A stretch of DNA of 64,000 bases. It comes from an uncultured Acidobacteriota bacterium (lineage in GTDB: Bacteria; Acidobacteriota; Thermoanaerobaculia; Gp7-AA8). The stretch spans positions 1,888,001-1,952,000 of the forward strand of contig CAWGHO010000002.1 of assembly GCA_963822445.1 (NCBI GenBank), written 5' to 3'. This document shows, in pieces, positions 1 to 9,983 of this stretch. Under the pieces are notes generated by a model. That model was not told the origin of the DNA and did no database searches. It worked only from the letters and a program-made list of their open reading frames with translations. Each line of letters begins with the position of its first letter. Within the stretch, counting starts at the first letter, position 1. A program made the position numbers and the translations under genes.

Positions 1-1
1 G

Positions 2-423
2 CTGTCGCTGCTGCAGGAGGAAGTCGTCGAGATCCGCGCGGTCGGTGTTCCCGTGCTCACGGACAAGGTGGACATGACCAACGTGCGGCTGCAGCTCGCG
101 AATGGCGCGGTCGCAAATCTCACCGCGAGTCGCGTGTCGCAGGACCGGGTGCGCAAGCAGCGATTCTTCGGAAGTGATTTCTACTACTCCGTCGACACGA
201 AAGAACAGGAAGTGAAGGGCTACCGGCTCATCGACGGCGCCATCACTCCCGCGGCGGTCAGTGTCGAGAAGAAAGAGCCGCTGCGCGCGGAGCTAGAAGC
301 GTTTCTGCAATGCGTGCGCGATCGCTCGCGGCCGATCGTGTCCGGCGAAGACGGCCTGGCCGCGGTTTCGCTCGCGGTGAAAGTGGCCGAAGCGATCGGC
401 GAGTCGATGAGGAGGTTCAAGGC

Positions 424-427
<4 letters not shown>
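2..427 (+). CDS. Gfo/Idh/MocA family oxidoreductase, C-terminal part (5' end outside the window)
   Basis: Open frame from the window edge; ANLTASRVS and EPLRAELEAF...PIVSGEDG are typical of Gfo/Idh/MocA C-termini. Confidence 0.8.
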
Positions 428-1290
<863 letters not shown>

Positions 1291-1300
1291 GAGCTCCCGA

Positions 1301-2218
1301 ATGGGCATTCTCGTAGTTGGCAGCGTCGCCTTCGACGCACTTCAGACGCCGTTCGGCAAGGTCGATCGCTGCATCGGCGGCTCGGCGACGTACTTTTCCG
1401 TGGCCGCGTCGTTTTTCACGGAGGTGTCGATCGTTGCCGTCGTCGGCGACGACTTCACCGAGGAAGACGCGGCGATCTTTCGCGGCCGCAACATCAACGT
1501 CGACGGCCTGCAGCGCATCCCGGGCGAGAAGACGTTTTTCTGGAGCGGTGAGTACGGCTACGACCTGAACGTCGCCAAGACCCGCGACACGCAGCTCAAC
1601 GTCTTTGCCGATTTCAAACCGCAACTCACCGAGGCCCAGCGCAATACGGACGTGCTGTTCCTCGCGAACATCCAGCCCGATCTGCAGCTCGACGTTTTGC
1701 GGCAAACCAAGCGCCCGCGGATCGTCGCTCTCGACACGATGAACCTCTGGATCGCGACCGCGCGCGAGTCGCTGGAACGGGTGTTCCGTGAAGTCGATCT
1801 GATCATCATCAACGAGGCCGAAGTCCGGCAGTTCACGAACGATCCGAATCTGATCAAAGGCGCCCGCTCGATTCTCGCCCTTGGGCCGCAAACCCTCGTG
1901 ATCAAGCGCGGTGAGTACGGCGTGCTGATGGTGACCAAGGATGCGATCTTCGCCGCGCCGGCCTACCCGCTGGAAACGGTGTTCGACCCGACCGGCGCCG
2001 GCGACACCTTCGCCGGCGGTTTCCTCGGCTTCCTGGCATCACGCTCCGAGATTCACGATCGCGAGCTGCGCCGCGCAATCATCTTCGGCAGCGTGCTGGC
2101 GTCGTTCACCGTGGAGAAGTTCTCGCTCGACCGCCTGCGGGAGATCACGCTCGCGGACGTGCACGAGCGCTATCAGGATTTCCGCGCGCTGACGGCCTTC
2201 GAGGATTTCGACAGGTAG
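1301..2218 (+). CDS. PfkB family carbohydrate/nucleoside kinase
   Basis: VVGSVAFD, GGSATY and the DPTGAGDTFAGG PfkB signature. Confidence 0.9.
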   Translation: MGILVVGSVAFDALQTPFGKVDRCIGGSATYFSVAASFFTEVSIVAVVGDDFTEEDAAIFRGRNINVDGLQRIPGEKTFFWSGEYGYDLNVAKTRDTQLNVFADFKPQLTEAQRNTDVLFLANIQPDLQLDVLRQTKRPRIVALDTMNLWIATARESLERVFREVDLIIINEAEVRQFTNDPNLIKGARSILALGPQTLVIKRGEYGVLMVTKDAIFAAPAYPLETVFDPTGAGDTFAGGFLGFLASRSEIHDRELRRAIIFGSVLASFTVEKFSLDRLREITLADVHERYQDFRALTAFEDFDR

Positions 2219-2223
2219 GAACG

Positions 2224-3888
2224 CTACTTCCCGAAAACGATCTCCCCCCCCACCACCGTGTACCGCACCTTCGCCTTGAACAACTCCGTCGCCGGCATCG
2301 CGAACAAGTCGCCTTCGACGATCGTCAGGTCGGCCAGCTTTCCCGGCTCGATCGTGCCGCGCGAGCCTTCCTCGAACGCCGCGTAGGCGGCGTCGAGGGT
2401 GAAGCCGCGGATGGCTTCGGCGAGGGTCAGGCGCTGTTCGGGATACCAGCCGCCTTCCGGCCAGTTCTTCTGGTCCCGGCGGGTGACGGCGGCGTGGATG
2501 CCGAGGAAGGGATTGACCAGTTCGACGGGGAAATCGGAGCCGAGGGCGAGGCGGCCGCCGGCGTTGAGAACGGTCCGCCAGGCGTACGCGCCTTTGACCC
2601 GTTCCGGGCCGACTCGCGCTTCGGCCCAGTACATGTCCGAGGTCGCGTGCGTCGGCTGCATCGAGGCGATGATGCCGTGTTGCACGAGACGGGGCACATC
2701 GGGCGGCGAGATGACCTGAAGATGCTCGACGCGATAGCGATCGTTCGGCGCAACGCCGGCACGTGCGTAGGCATCGATGACATTGCGAACGCCGCGGTCG
2801 CCGATCGCGTGCGCATTCACCTGAAAGCCCGCCGCCTTCGCCCGTTTCGCGACGTCTTCGATGTGCTCCGGTGTGGCGATCATCAGACCGCTGTTGCCGG
2901 GATCGTCGCTGTACGGCGCGAGCAGGGCCGCGCCGCGGCTGCCTAGGGCTCCGTCGGCGTAGAGCTTCACCGAGCGGATGGTGAGGCGATCGCCGTAACC
3001 GATCAGCGGCTTCTGCGCGAACCAGGTGCCGAGGAGCGGTGCGTTGTCGCCGAGCATCGCGTACACGCGGATGGGGAAGCGCTTCTCGTCGATCAGCTCC
3101 TGCACCGCGGTGATCGTGCTGCCGTCGATGCCGGCGTCGTGGATCTCGGTGAGTCCCGTCGCGGCGATCGCCTGCGCGGCCGCGAGCACGCGCGCTTTGC
3201 GTTGCTCCTGCGTCGGCGGCGGAACGATCGAGTCGATCAGTTCCATCGCTTCGTCGATGAAGACGCCGGTCGGATTGCCGTTCGCATCGCGGAGGATCTT
3301 TCCGCCTTCCGGATCCTTCGTCGCGGCGGTGATTCCGGCGGCGCGCAACGCGGCGGTGTTCGCCAGTCCGGCGTGTCCGTCGATTCGCCGCAGCCAGACC
3401 GGATTGTTCGACACGGCGGCGTCGAGCGCGGCCGAGGTCGGGAACTCCTTCACCGGCCAGTCGTTCTGATCCCAGCCCCGTCCCAGGATCCATTCACCCG
3501 ATGCCGCTCGCGAGGCGCGTTCGCGGACTCTGTTGATCACTTCTTCATACGAGGTCGTGTCGAGCAGGCTGACCGTGTCGAGGGAGAGTCCCAGCCCGTA
3601 AAGATGGGCATGCGCGTCCGTGAGACCAGGGAGGATGGTCGCGCCGCTTACGTCGATGATCCTGGCGGACCCGTGCGTGGCGCGCAGTTGTTCTGCGGGC
3701 CCCACCGCCTTGATCACGCCGTTCTCGACATACACGGCCCAACTGTTGCGAAGGGTCTGTTCAGGTCCGGTGAGTACCTTCCCCCCTACGAAGAGGGTGC
3801 CGGTGTCCGCAGCGGTCGTCGTCACAGGTGCAGAGGTCGGTGTGCAGGCAAGCAAAGTCATCAGGAAGATTCCGGCAATTCCACGCAT
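2224..3888 (-). CDS. Amidohydrolase (YtcJ-like), probable lipoprotein
   Basis: PGLTDAHAH, HAIGD, RVEH, GSDFPV and GKLADL motifs; LLAC lipobox after MRGIAG. Confidence 0.88.
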   Translation of the reverse strand: MRGIAGIFLMTLLACTPTSAPVTTTAADTGTLFVGGKVLTGPEQTLRNSWAVYVENGVIKAVGPAEQLRATHGSARIIDVSGATILPGLTDAHAHLYGLGLSLDTVSLLDTTSYEEVINRVRERASRAASGEWILGRGWDQNDWPVKEFPTSAALDAAVSNNPVWLRRIDGHAGLANTAALRAAGITAATKDPEGGKILRDANGNPTGVFIDEAMELIDSIVPPPTQEQRKARVLAAAQAIAATGLTEIHDAGIDGSTITAVQELIDEKRFPIRVYAMLGDNAPLLGTWFAQKPLIGYGDRLTIRSVKLYADGALGSRGAALLAPYSDDPGNSGLMIATPEHIEDVAKRAKAAGFQVNAHAIGDRGVRNVIDAYARAGVAPNDRYRVEHLQVISPPDVPRLVQHGIIASMQPTHATSDMYWAEARVGPERVKGAYAWRTVLNAGGRLALGSDFPVELVNPFLGIHAAVTRRDQKNWPEGGWYPEQRLTLAEAIRGFTLDAAYAAFEEGSRGTIEPGKLADLTIVEGDLFAMPATELFKAKVRYTVVGGEIVFGK

Positions 3889-3934
3889 GAGCCGGAATGC
3901 TACACGCGCCAACGCTCGTTTTGCGTGTGCTCTC

Positions 3935-4594
3935 ATGAATGCACGCAACGTGATCGGGCTCACGCTTCTCCTCGCGACGACCGCAGTGGCCGACGAACGC
4001 CGCTTCACCGCGTCGGCCCTTCCCGGCGCCGGCCTGAAGAAGCCCGGCAAAGTCGTGATCACGAACACTTCCAAGGCGGTCACTGCTTACCGTTTCTTCG
4101 GAAACATTCGCGAGTCGCTCTTCACGATCCGCAGCTCGCCGCGCACCCTCACAACGAATCCCTACGGCAAGGTTGTCTTCGATTCGAGCGCCGGCTTCGC
4201 CGCGCCGAAGCACCTCACCGCCGTGATTCAGGAAGCGTCGCGCCAGCACGGCGTCGATCCCCGTCTCGTCGCGGCCGTCGTTCGGCGCGAGTCAGCGTGG
4301 AACGAGGCGGCTGTCTCGCCGGTCGGCGCGTGCGGTCTCATGCAGCTCATGCCCGCCACCGCCCGTTTCCTCGGCGTCAACAACATCTTCGACGCCCGCG
4401 AGAACGTCTTCGGTGGAACGCGCTACCTGCGCACGCTGCTCGACACGTTCAACGGCGATCTCGATCTCGCGCTTGCCGCGTACAACGCCGGTCCGGGAGC
4501 GGTGGCAAAGTATCGCGGCGTGCCGCCGTACAGCGAGACCAAGGCTTACGTGGCGGCCGTGCGCGGAACGTACGAAGCAGCGCTTCGCCAGTAA
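3935..4594 (+). CDS. Lytic transglycosylase (SLT domain), exported
   Basis: RES, GLMQLMP and AAYNAGPG motifs; N-terminal signal peptide. Confidence 0.9.
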   Translation: MNARNVIGLTLLLATTAVADERRFTASALPGAGLKKPGKVVITNTSKAVTAYRFFGNIRESLFTIRSSPRTLTTNPYGKVVFDSSAGFAAPKHLTAVIQEASRQHGVDPRLVAAVVRRESAWNEAAVSPVGACGLMQLMPATARFLGVNNIFDARENVFGGTRYLRTLLDTFNGDLDLALAAYNAGPGAVAKYRGVPPYSETKAYVAAVRGTYEAALRQ

Positions 4595-4598
4595 CGCG

Positions 4599-5081
4599 TC
4601 ACTCGGAATACCACTCCGAGATCGCGCTCACCACGCCCTTCCTCATGAAGATGCTCGTGTGCCGCGCGCATCCCTCGCTGACTCGGCAGATGAAGAAGTA
4701 CTCCGTGTCCCCGAGCCGTTTCTGATCCGCCTCGGGCGCCGCTGAGGCGTCCGGACGTCCAAGCCGCTCGACGATGCCGGGACTCGTTTGACCGAGCTCG
4801 ATTCCTGACCGCGCGCGCACGTCGATCTGCGGTCCTTGCTCCGGACGTTTGCACGGCGGTTCGGCGGCGAGCGTCACCCGCCACGGTTTCCTGTCCTTTT
4901 TGTCGATGGAAATCGCCAGATACCGGTCCGCGGAAAGCGCGTAACAGCCTTCCGATTTCAAGCCCGCAAACTGCTCCTGCAGCGTGGCCAGCGGTGTTTC
5001 CGCGAGCTGGTCCAGGTAGATCGGGTCGGCGGCGCGCGCACTCGTTGCCGTGAGAACCAGCAGCGCGACCGCGAGTCTCAT
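4599..5081 (-). CDS. Hypothetical exported protein (4 Cys)
   Basis: Signal peptide MRLAVALLVLTATSARA; ATGA overlap with the nadK stop. Confidence 0.7.
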   Translation of the reverse strand: MRLAVALLVLTATSARAADPIYLDQLAETPLATLQEQFAGLKSEGCYALSADRYLAISIDKKDRKPWRVTLAAEPPCKRPEQGPQIDVRARSGIELGQTSPGIVERLGRPDASAAPEADQKRLGDTEYFFICRVSEGCARHTSIFMRKGVVSAISEWYSE

Positions 5082-5965
5082 CCTTCGCCCCACTTCAACT
5101 TGGTGCGCAGCACGTCGAAGTAATTCTTTTCCGGGGACTGAACGAGCAGCACGCGCTCGTCGGACTTGCGGACGCAGACGCGATCCTTGTCGCTGATCTC
5201 GAAGCCTTCCTGGCCGTCGAGGGTCAGCCAGATGTCTTTGGCGTCGGGCGTCAAGAGGCCGATCTCGATGTCCAGTTCGTCCGGCAGAACGATGGGGCGG
5301 TTGGTGAGCATGTGCGGGCAGATCGGCGTGAGCACGAGCGCGCCCATGGTCGGATAGATGATCGGGCCGCCCGCGGACAGGTTGTAGGCCGTCGATCCTG
5401 TCGGCGTGCAGACGATCATCCCGTCGCCGCGGAACGTGGAGACGAACAGACCGGCGACGCTGACCCGCATCTCGATGATCCGGGCCACGGCGCTTTTATT
5501 GATGGCCGCGTCGTTGAGGACGCGATAGCGGCGGCTTGCATCGCGATCCGGTCCGCTGACCGAGACGGTGAAGGTGACCCGCGGCTCGACCTCGTAGTCG
5601 CCTTCGAGCACGCGATCGAGAACGGTCGGGAACTCCTCGACGCGAATCTCGGTGAGAAAGCCGAGCGTGCCCATGTTCACGCCGACGATCGGCACGTGTG
5701 CCGGAGCATGCCGCGCGATGGAGAGCAGCGTGCCGTCACCGCCGAAGGTGATCAGCAGGTCGCAGTGTTTCCCCAGCTCGGACTTCGGCACGGACTGCTC
5801 GTTTCCGTCCAGGTAGCCGGCTGTGTCGTCGTCGAAGATGACTGTGAATCCGCGGCCGCGCAGGTCGTTCGCGATCTGCTGCGCGTACGCGAGTGCCGGT
5901 TCGGCGGTGGTTTTTGCGGCCAGTCCAATCGTGCGCATGTCGTGTCGGGCCGCAGCGGAAGTCAT
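5078..5965 (-). CDS. nadK: NAD kinase
   Basis: GGDGT, GTLGFL, LND and TPTGSTAYNLSAGGP motifs; alternative start at 5938. Confidence 0.93.
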   Translation of the reverse strand: MTSAAARHDMRTIGLAAKTTAEPALAYAQQIANDLRGRGFTVIFDDDTAGYLDGNEQSVPKSELGKHCDLLITFGGDGTLLSIARHAPAHVPIVGVNMGTLGFLTEIRVEEFPTVLDRVLEGDYEVEPRVTFTVSVSGPDRDASRRYRVLNDAAINKSAVARIIEMRVSVAGLFVSTFRGDGMIVCTPTGSTAYNLSAGGPIIYPTMGALVLTPICPHMLTNRPIVLPDELDIEIGLLTPDAKDIWLTLDGQEGFEISDKDRVCVRKSDERVLLVQSPEKNYFDVLRTKLKWGEG

Positions 5966-7005
5966 GCCGGGGTCGCCGTGACGCGGCGGACCTCGTCCGG
6001 TCCGACCACGATCCGCTCGCCGGCGCGCTCCGGTCCGACGAAGAGAATCGGGTGCAGAACTTTCTCGATGATCGCTCGCAATGCTCTTGCTCCGAGGTGC
6101 TGTTTGCGGGCGGCGCTGGCGATTTCGTAGAGCGCGTCGCGGCTGAACTCGAGCTGGATCTGGTCGAGCGCGCAGAGGCGCTGGTACTCGGGAATCATGG
6201 CCTCGCGCGGCTCGGTGAGGATCGACACCAGCTCGTCGGGCGTGAGCTCGTCGAGCTCCACGCGCACCGGCAGCCGCCCGAGAAGCTCGGGCAGGAAGCC
6301 GTATTTGACGAGGTCGTCGGTGGTCACTTCATCGGAGCGGCCGGCGTTGTTGTCGAAGAAGCCGACGCTCTTCCCTTCGCCGGGATCGTCCATGTCCGAG
6401 AAGGAACCTGCGCAGATGAAAAGGATGTTGGAGATGTCGATCTCGACGTAGTCGTACTTGTTCCAGTGGGCGGTGACGTTCATCGGCACAAACAGCTTGT
6501 CCCCTTCGAGGATCTTGAGCAGCGACTGCTGCACGCCCTCGCCGCCGATGTCGCGCTGCCCCGCGCCGGTGCGCGCGCCGCCATTGCGCCGCGCGATTTT
6601 GTCGATCTCGTCGATGAAGACGATGCCGTTCTCTGCGGCGTCGACGTTCTGATTGGTGGCGAAGAGCAGGCGTCCGATCGCCACTTCGACGTCTTCACCG
6701 TAGTAACCGGCTTCGGTGAACGCGGTGGCGTCGTTGTACGCGAAGGGGACGTCGAGGATCTTCGCCAGCGTGCGCGCGAGATAGGTTTTGCCGCAGCCGG
6801 ACGGTCCGATCATCAGAATGTTCGACTTGCGGATGGAGACCTCGCCGCCGAACTTGAGGTACTCGATGCGCTTGAGATGGTTGTAGGCCGCGATGGCCAG
6901 AACCTCTTTGGCGTGGCGCTGCCCGACGACGTACTGATCGAGCTGTTCGAAGATGCGCCGCGGTGTGACGTGGAGGAAGCGGTAGATCTCGCGCTTTTCC
7001 TTCAT
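5962..7005 (-). CDS. ClpX-like AAA+ ATPase lacking the N-terminal zinc-binding domain
   Basis: [46 protein letters not shown] and GARALR are ClpX hallmarks; only 347 aa and no C4 zinc finger. Confidence 0.85.
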   Translation of the reverse strand: MKEKREIYRFLHVTPRRIFEQLDQYVVGQRHAKEVLAIAAYNHLKRIEYLKFGGEVSIRKSNILMIGPSGCGKTYLARTLAKILDVPFAYNDATAFTEAGYYGEDVEVAIGRLLFATNQNVDAAENGIVFIDEIDKIARRNGGARTGAGQRDIGGEGVQQSLLKILEGDKLFVPMNVTAHWNKYDYVEIDISNILFICAGSFSDMDDPGEGKSVGFFDNNAGRSDEVTTDDLVKYGFLPELLGRLPVRVELDELTPDELVSILTEPREAMIPEYQRLCALDQIQLEFSRDALYEIASAARKQHLGARALRAIIEKVLHPILFVGPERAGERIVVGPDEVRRVTATPA

Positions 7006-7069
7006 CAGGCGCCCGGGGCTGAGGATAGCACGGCGTTTTCGTCAAACCCCCTTTACACCGCCCTCCCAC

Positions 7070-7085
7070 GTCAAAAGTTTTTGAC
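7070..7085. promoter_or_regulatory. Palindromic putative operator GTCAAAA-gt-TTTTGAC in the divergent clpX-like/comEA intergenic region
   Basis: Perfect 7-bp inverted repeat overlapping TTGACA at 7081-7086. Confidence 0.4.
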
Positions 7086-7139
7086 AACCCTCAAAAGCTC
7101 AAACCACTGAATCCACGCAACTTAACTCCTGACACCCCA

Positions 7140-7155
7140 TGGCGGCCAGCTTGAA
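7140..7155 (+). promoter_or_regulatory. Sigma54-like -24/-12 element upstream of comEA
   Basis: TGGCGGCCAGCTTGAA (GG-N10-GA variant). Confidence 0.35.
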
Positions 7156-7313
7156 CTATGGCTCCCGCGAAAGGAGGTGGTTCGGTAGGAAAAAGCGAAA
7201 CGTGAAACCGGGACTTGGTCCGAGACAGACGGTTCAGTGTGGAACGAAAAACCAAGAGTCGAAACAACAACAACACAAACAAACAACCTGAAAAACGAAA
7301 GGAGATAAGACCC

Positions 7314-7685
7314 ATGCGGAAGTCCCTCTACATTGTCTTTGTCACTCTCATGCTCGCGGTGAGCTCGATCGCGCTCGCCGAGGAGGCCTCGCCGGCTGCT
7401 GGATCCCAGCAGGGTGTGGTCAACATCAACACCGCCGATGCCGCGCAGCTCTCGCTCCTCCCGCGCGTCGGTGAAAAGGCCGCCCAGCGGATCATCGAGT
7501 ACCGCACGCAGAACGGCCCCTTCAAGAAGACCAGCGATCTGATGCAGGTCAAAGGCTTCGGCGCCAAGACCTTCGAGCGCCTGGCCCCCTACATCTCCCT
7601 CTCCGGTCAGACCACTCTCGCCAAGAAGATCGCCAGCCCGCGCAAGCCGCGCGCGAAGAAGCCCACCGCCACGGCGTCGAACTAG
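7314..7685 (+). CDS. comEA: ComEA-like helix-hairpin-helix DNA-binding protein
   Basis: Signal peptide; VNINTA...LPRVGEKAAQRIIEYR...GPFK...DLMQVKGFG; Lys/Arg-rich tail; AGGAG RBS. Confidence 0.88.
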   Translation: MRKSLYIVFVTLMLAVSSIALAEEASPAAGSQQGVVNINTADAAQLSLLPRVGEKAAQRIIEYRTQNGPFKKTSDLMQVKGFGAKTFERLAPYISLSGQTTLAKKIASPRKPRAKKPTATASN

Positions 7686-7710
7686 ACGCCGCCCTCCACC
7701 CAACCCACCT

Positions 7711-7742
7711 GGGGCGGCCGCGCGGCGCGGCCGCCCCTTTTC
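7711..7742 (+). terminator. Intrinsic terminator between comEA and the pilin gene
   Basis: GGGGCGGCCGCG-cgg-CGCGGCCGCCCC followed by a T-run. Confidence 0.75.
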
Positions 7743-7774
7743 CCAACCCCGCAAACCAACAGAAGGAGAGACGT

Positions 7775-8368
7775 GTGTCTGAACGCCCCCGCAACGGCTA
7801 CACCCTCATCGAGCTCCTCACCGTCGTCGCACTCGTCGGCCTCTTCGCCGGCATCACTTTTCCGGCATTCGTCAACATGCAGCGGCGCGCGGCCCTGCGT
7901 GCGGCGGCCGGACAACTGCGCTCCATCTTTCATCTGGCCCGCTCGCGCGCACTGCAGCGCGGCTCCAACACCGGCGTGAAGTTCTTCCAGGCCGAAGGGA
8001 CGTGGCAGTACGCCATCTACGACGACGGCGATGGCGACGGCGTTCGCAACGACGACATCGATCGCCGCGTCGACAGGCGCGTGACTCTGCCGCGCCGCGC
8101 TCTGCCCGAATCGAAGATCGTGACCATCGGCCTGATGCGCCAGCCCATCAAGGATCCGGACGGCGATCGACTGCTGCCGGGCGCGTCCCCCGTTCACTTC
8201 AACCGCTCGGCGATCTGCTCCTTCACTCCGCTCGGCGAATCGACGCCCGGCACGATCTACATCACCGACCGCGGCGACGAGCTCTACGCGGTGCGCGTTT
8301 TCGGCGCGACCGCGAAAGTCCGCACGCTGCGTTACGACGCGGCCTCGCGCACCTGGAGGAACCGGTGA
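7775..8368 (+). CDS. GspH/FimT-like type IV minor pilin
   Basis: Prepilin cleavage motif G|YTLIELL plus hydrophobic helix; LARSRAL segment; AAGGAG RBS. Confidence 0.85.
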   Translation: MSERPRNGYTLIELLTVVALVGLFAGITFPAFVNMQRRAALRAAAGQLRSIFHLARSRALQRGSNTGVKFFQAEGTWQYAIYDDGDGDGVRNDDIDRRVDRRVTLPRRALPESKIVTIGLMRQPIKDPDGDRLLPGASPVHFNRSAICSFTPLGESTPGTIYITDRGDELYAVRVFGATAKVRTLRYDAASRTWRNR

Positions 8369-8373
8369 GAGCC

Positions 8374-9969
8374 TCACGCGCCCGCGCGGCGCACCACCAC
8401 CCGTTCCGCCTCGTACGTCTGAATCGCCGAGAGCGTGCTGCGGCGCAGCGCCTCGTCGGTGAAGGCGTCCGTGATCACCGCGCCATCCATGTCCCGGCCG
8501 ACCGGCAGTCCCGCGGCGTAGAGAATCGTGGGCACGACGTCGACCACGTAGGCGACGCGCGGATTCTCGCGATGGGTCACGCCCTCGCCGCGAACGAGCA
8601 GGAATCCATCGTCCGCGCCGGGATCGTCGCGCGTCACCGCGCGCATGGCGAAGGACCAGGCATCGGCCGGCAACTCCGGAGGCGTGACAGCGGTGGGCGA
8701 GCAGAGGACCAGCAGATGGCCGGGATGCTCGAGCGCGATTTCCGCCACCATCCGGTCGAGCTGCTGCACGTACGCTCGAACGGCCTGCCCCTTCATCGAC
8801 GTCTTCGGCGGCAGCTCGTTCGAGTAGATGTGCAGCGCGCGCTGGGCGCGCTCGAATCCATCCAGCGCCACCGCGGTGAATGCGGATCCTCCGTCCACCG
8901 CCGCGGCTGCGGCGAGATCGCGCTCGAGCTCCTGCAGCACGATCGCTTTCGCGGCTCCCGCGGCGTTGAAACGATCGGCGGCTTCTCCCACGCCGACGGC
9001 AGGACGCGCCGTCGTCGAAACCGCGTTCCAGCGCACGACCTTCGCGCTCAGCTGCAGACGCTGGAAGAGCTCCCACACCGGCAACGCCTCACCGGCCGGA
9101 AGCGGCGCGGAGATGCGCTCGACCGGCGGAACGAGGCCCCACGCGCGAAAGCCGACGCCGCTGGGCAGCAGCAGGAAGGGATCGTTGCGATTGAGCGGCG
9201 TGCGATACGAGAAGCGTCCGGTCACGCCGTGCCGGTATGGCAGCTTCCCGGTCGCCAGCGAAGCCCACAGCGACTTGGTACTCGTGGTCGGGAAGGGCTC
9301 GAGCCGGGCGAAGTAGGCGCGGTCGGTCACCTCTTCGAAGAAGGGCAGCGATCCCTCGCCCTTCATCGTCACGATCCAGTCGTACGGCAGATTGCGGATG
9401 GCCACGAGGATCACCGGCCGGTGCCCCGCCACTGCGCCGATCGTCGCTACGACGACATTTTTTCGCTCGGTCCGATAGCTCTCGCGGCGCTGGTAGAGAA
9501 AGAACGACGAGAGCGCGATCAGTACGACGCCGCCCATGAAGATCGCGCGCGAGATCCGCTTGCCGGCGTTGCGCTCGACGACCCACAGCGCGAGCAGCAG
9601 AAACGCCGTGACGGTGATGGCCGTGGTGGCCTTCGACAGGATGCGCACCGCGCCGATGGGCAGGTAGATGCGCACGACCTCGAGGTGAATCCAGTAGATC
9701 AAAGAGGAGACGAACGCCGCGGCCACGACGAAGCCGAAGCCGTACGTACGAACCGCATCGCCGAAAAGGCGCACCCGCAGCGCCCGCAATCCCCACAGCA
9801 CGGAGCCGAAGAGCAGGCCGCAGATGAGGCCGTACACGATGGTCACCGTGGCCAGGCGGCCCGGCGTGATCTCCACCTGCGGGTTGAGGAAGTACAGCAG
9901 GTGAGCCATGTACAGGCCGAAGATCGCGCCGGCGAGAACGCGTTTGAGATAGCCCCAGCGGATCTGCAT
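8374..9969 (-). CDS. Membrane protein with a C-terminal alkaline phosphatase-superfamily domain (degenerate)
   Basis: About five N-terminal TM helices; W.SLATGK.P..HG and DVVPTILYAAGLPVGRDMDG motifs. Confidence 0.75.
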   Translation of the reverse strand: MQIRWGYLKRVLAGAIFGLYMAHLLYFLNPQVEITPGRLATVTIVYGLICGLLFGSVLWGLRALRVRLFGDAVRTYGFGFVVAAAFVSSLIYWIHLEVVRIYLPIGAVRILSKATTAITVTAFLLLALWVVERNAGKRISRAIFMGGVVLIALSSFFLYQRRESYRTERKNVVVATIGAVAGHRPVILVAIRNLPYDWIVTMKGEGSLPFFEEVTDRAYFARLEPFPTTSTKSLWASLATGKLPYRHGVTGRFSYRTPLNRNDPFLLLPSGVGFRAWGLVPPVERISAPLPAGEALPVWELFQRLQLSAKVVRWNAVSTTARPAVGVGEAADRFNAAGAAKAIVLQELERDLAAAAAVDGGSAFTAVALDGFERAQRALHIYSNELPPKTSMKGQAVRAYVQQLDRMVAEIALEHPGHLLVLCSPTAVTPPELPADAWSFAMRAVTRDDPGADDGFLLVRGEGVTHRENPRVAYVVDVVPTILYAAGLPVGRDMDGAVITDAFTDEALRRSTLSAIQTYEAERVVVRRAGA

Positions 9970-9983
9970 CGCAGGAGCCGCCT

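Noticed and set aside
7090-7200. c-di-GMP or other known riboswitch in the comEA leader or at 24780-24830
   Set aside because: Only fragmentary resemblance; the conserved GEMM core could not be matched
7202-7291. Possible 29-codon upstream ORF in the comEA leader
   Set aside because: No properly spaced RBS, and its composition simply reflects the CAA tract
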